Source: Nitrospinaceae bacterium (GTDB lineage Bacteria; Nitrospinota; Nitrospinia; Nitrospinales; Nitrospinaceae). From it: DNA of 64,000 bases. The number at the start of each line of letters is the position of its first letter. Within the stretch, counting starts at the first letter, position 1. The stretch is from contig OZ245011.1 in assembly GCA_965223665.1 (NCBI GenBank), forward strand, positions 3,680,001-3,744,000. Direction: 5' to 3'. A program made the translations under genes and the position numbers. Shown here in pieces: positions 61,547-64,000 of the stretch. Below the pieces are notes generated by a model, which did no database searches, had not been told where the DNA came from, and saw only the letters and a program-made list of their open reading frames with translations.

Positions 61547-62947
61547 ATGGATGGCACTGACAAAGTTGAATCCGCAAATTTTATAATAAAGCTATGGCAA
61601 CGGCTGACCCGTGGATCTGTGAATAGAAAGATCTTTGGGGCGTTTCTTACAGTTGGAAGTATTACTGGGTTTGTAAAAATAGTTTCAATGATAAAAGATC
61701 AGGTTGTGGCTTTTATTTATGGAACGGGAAACTCTGTAGATGCTTTTGTGATAGCTTTTATTATTCCCAATTTTGTCATAAGTATTTTGGGAGGTACTTT
61801 TCGAGCGGCGGTTATCCCTACCTATATGCATGAAAAAGAAACAAAAGGACAAAAAGCTTCAGAAGAGGTTTTGTCCGGAATTATGGTATTAGCTCTGGTT
61901 CTTTTGACTGTTCTCTCTGTCTTGTTGACAATTTTTAGCATGCCCATTTTAAAAATATTAGGTTCGGGTTTTGATGAGGAAAAAATCATTCTTTGTCAAA
62001 AAATATATTTTTGTTTCCTCCCTATGATTATCTTTAATTGTTTTTCTAAAATTTTTGGATCTGTATTAAATGCTAAAAAGGTTTTTGGAATAGCAGCAAT
62101 GTGCGAGGTGGTAATTCCAGTTTTTGCCATAATTTTTGTTTTGAACTTTGGGCAGGATATAGGGATTTTTGCCTTGGTGTGGGGCTCGGTAATCGGTTTT
62201 ATAGTAAATAGCGTTATTCTTTATTTTTCAGTAAAGAAAAGAAATGTCAACTTGAGATTAAAATGGTATGGGTTTACTCCAGAAATAAAATCCATAATTC
62301 ACCAATATATTCCGTTAATGATGGGGCAGTTTATTATTTTAAGCGCGGATATGATTGATAAAAGTATGGCATCTATGTTGGATGCAGGAAATGTTGCTGC
62401 GTTGAACTATGGAGTAAAAGTTCCGTCCGTTATAATAGGAATCTCCGTTTCAGGTTTAGGGTCAGCTATATTTCCCTACTTTTCCCAAATGGTTTCCCGA
62501 CAAGATTGGGAAGGAATTGCCAACACTGTGAAAAAATATTTTTGGTTGATAATCCAATTATCTATTCCAATTGTCATTTTACTTATATTCTCTTCAGAAT
62601 TTATCGTCAAGATTTTATTTGAGAGAGGAGCATTCAAAGAAAGTGATACGCAGTTGGTTGGGATGATTCAGGCCATGTATTTAATTCAAATTCCTTTTTA
62701 TTTAATAAAGGCTTTAGGGGTACCTTTGCTTAATTCGTTAAAGCATAATAAGGCTCTGATGCAGAATGCTGCTTTTCATACAGTAATCAACATTAGTTTG
62801 AACTTTATTTTAATGAAACCCTTAGGGGTTGCTGGAATTGCTTTAGCCACAAGCATATCTCAAGTGATCTCTTGCATAATGGTATTTTGGTTTTTAAAAA
62901 GGTTGGGAAACGTTAGTTTAATTAAAATGGTTTTTAGGAAGTCATAA
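61547..62947 (+). CDS. MurJ/MviN-like MOP-family flippase
   Basis: DAFVIAFIIPN, IDKSMAS, ALNYG, LFERGAF, GIALATS; about 12 TMs. Confidence 0.85.
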   Translation: MDGTDKVESANFIIKLWQRLTRGSVNRKIFGAFLTVGSITGFVKIVSMIKDQVVAFIYGTGNSVDAFVIAFIIPNFVISILGGTFRAAVIPTYMHEKETKGQKASEEVLSGIMVLALVLLTVLSVLLTIFSMPILKILGSGFDEEKIILCQKIYFCFLPMIIFNCFSKIFGSVLNAKKVFGIAAMCEVVIPVFAIIFVLNFGQDIGIFALVWGSVIGFIVNSVILYFSVKKRNVNLRLKWYGFTPEIKSIIHQYIPLMMGQFIILSADMIDKSMASMLDAGNVAALNYGVKVPSVIIGISVSGLGSAIFPYFSQMVSRQDWEGIANTVKKYFWLIIQLSIPIVILLIFSSEFIVKILFERGAFKESDTQLVGMIQAMYLIQIPFYLIKALGVPLLNSLKHNKALMQNAAFHTVINISLNFILMKPLGVAGIALATSISQVISCIMVFWFLKRLGNVSLIKMVFRKS

Positions 62948-62976
62948 TTGTTAAATGATTTTAAGTGAAAAGGTCC

Positions 62977-64000
62977 ATGAGAAATAAGAAAATTTCATTA
63001 ATCATACATAAAATATCCGCTGGTGGAGCGGAAAAAATTATGGTGACCATTGCTAATTATTTATCAGAAAATGGATGGGAAGTTTTTTTATTAACTTTTG
63101 ATGATGGAAACGAATCTCCATTTTATCCTTTGAATAAAAATGTGAAATGGATTCCTTTGGATCTTTTAAAAGAAACTAAAGGAAAGCTTCAGAAAGGATT
63201 TCATTTTTTTCGCCGAATCTGGATTTTAAGAAAAACATTAAAAAAATTAAAATCGAAAGTTGCAATTTCTTTTATCGCGAAAGTAAACATACTTTCTATT
63301 ATTGCTTCCTTGGGAACATCAATAAAATTAATTGTTTCGGAAAGAATAGATCCTAAATATTCATATTTTGGTTATGGTAGTAAAATTAGGCATCTGAAAT
63401 TTTGGGCTTATAATAAAGCTGCTAGAATTATTGTTCTTTCGAGAGATATGGCAAATGATTTCCCATCATATATTGCAAAAAAGATAACGGTTATCCCTAA
63501 TCCCGTTAGTATAAATAACTTGTCAATATTGGATTCGAATGGAAAATCAAATGGGAAGAAAGTGATAGCGATGGGACGATTACACCCGCAAAAGGGATTT
63601 GATACCTTAATTGAAGCATTTTCAAAGTTAGGTTCTAATTATTCGGATTGGAATTTAAGTATTTGGGGGGAAGGGGAGCATAAGGAGAATTTAATTCAAT
63701 TGAGGGATCGTTTAGGATTAAAGGATAGGGTTATTTTCCCAGGGGTTACTAATAAACCTTTAGAGGAAATGAAAAATAGTGATTTATTTATTCTTTCTTC
63801 AAGATTCGAAGGATTTCCAAATGTGTTGGTGGAAGCCATGGCGGTAGGGCTGCCCGTTTTGAGTTTTAATTGTGTTAGCACGATAAAAGACATTATTCAA
63901 AATGGAGAAAATGGAGTGATTGTTGATCAAAAAGATGCTGAAGGTTTGTCAATCGCGATGATGGATATTATGGCTGATCCAAATAAAAGAGAAAATTTAG
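62977..64000 (+). CDS. Glycosyltransferase family 4 (partial; runs off the right edge)
   Basis: Manual translation MRNKKISLIIHKISAGGAEKIM...VSER...IPNP...MGRLHPQKGFDTLI...SSRFEGFPNVLVEAMAVG; not in the ORF track. Confidence 0.92.
   Translation, partial: MRNKKISLIIHKISAGGAEKIMVTIANYLSENGWEVFLLTFDDGNESPFYPLNKNVKWIPLDLLKETKGKLQKGFHFFRRIWILRKTLKKLKSKVAISFIAKVNILSIIASLGTSIKLIVSERIDPKYSYFGYGSKIRHLKFWAYNKAARIIVLSRDMANDFPSYIAKKITVIPNPVSINNLSILDSNGKSNGKKVIAMGRLHPQKGFDTLIEAFSKLGSNYSDWNLSIWGEGEHKENLIQLRDRLGLKDRVIFPGVTNKPLEEMKNSDLFILSSRFEGFPNVLVEAMAVGLPVLSFNCVSTIKDIIQNGENGVIVDQKDAEGLSIAMMDIMADPNKRENL

Noticed and set aside
1-64000. CRISPR arrays, tRNA/rRNA genes, IS elements, integrons
   Set aside because: No regularly spaced short repeats, cloverleaf or rRNA signatures, transposase or integrase ORFs were seen by eye. 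Dedicated scans were not run.

Overview
AT-rich bacterial chromosomal window made mostly of accessory genes. The gene content (DabA-type carbon pump, DUF3015-like module, a single-domain receiver of a type I associate with nitrite oxidisers) suggests Nitrospinota, but that is inference only. Left end: a partial dabA inorganic-carbon transporter gene, missed by the ORF track because it runs off the edge, divergent from a beta-carbonic anhydrase. Next comes a signalling-rich block: a TIR-TPR protein, two paralogous HisKA_3/NarL two-component pairs (one behind a decayed yfiR), a soluble 3xPAS chemoreceptor, an HD-GYP phosphodiesterase, a protease + FHA-membrane pair, and a membrane cyclase-TPR-HD-GYP fusion. 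Also present are an UndA-like diiron enzyme, a B12 radical SAM enzyme, an RND pump, msrAB, a YdeP-like molybdoenzyme, an ArnT-like transferase and a CobW GTPase. The right third holds a dispersed surface-polysaccharide system: three paralogous secreted beta-helix proteins (one with 3 DNRLRE/CBM96-like domains plus HYR), two CapK-like adenylating enzymes, a GT2, a methyltransferase, a probably kinase-dead Wzc, a UDP-glucuronate epimerase, a MurJ-like flippase and a partial GT4, behind a sigma-54-like promoter. I saw no rRNA, tRNA, CRISPR array or intact mobile element. All family assignments come from motif recognition by eye, not database searches.
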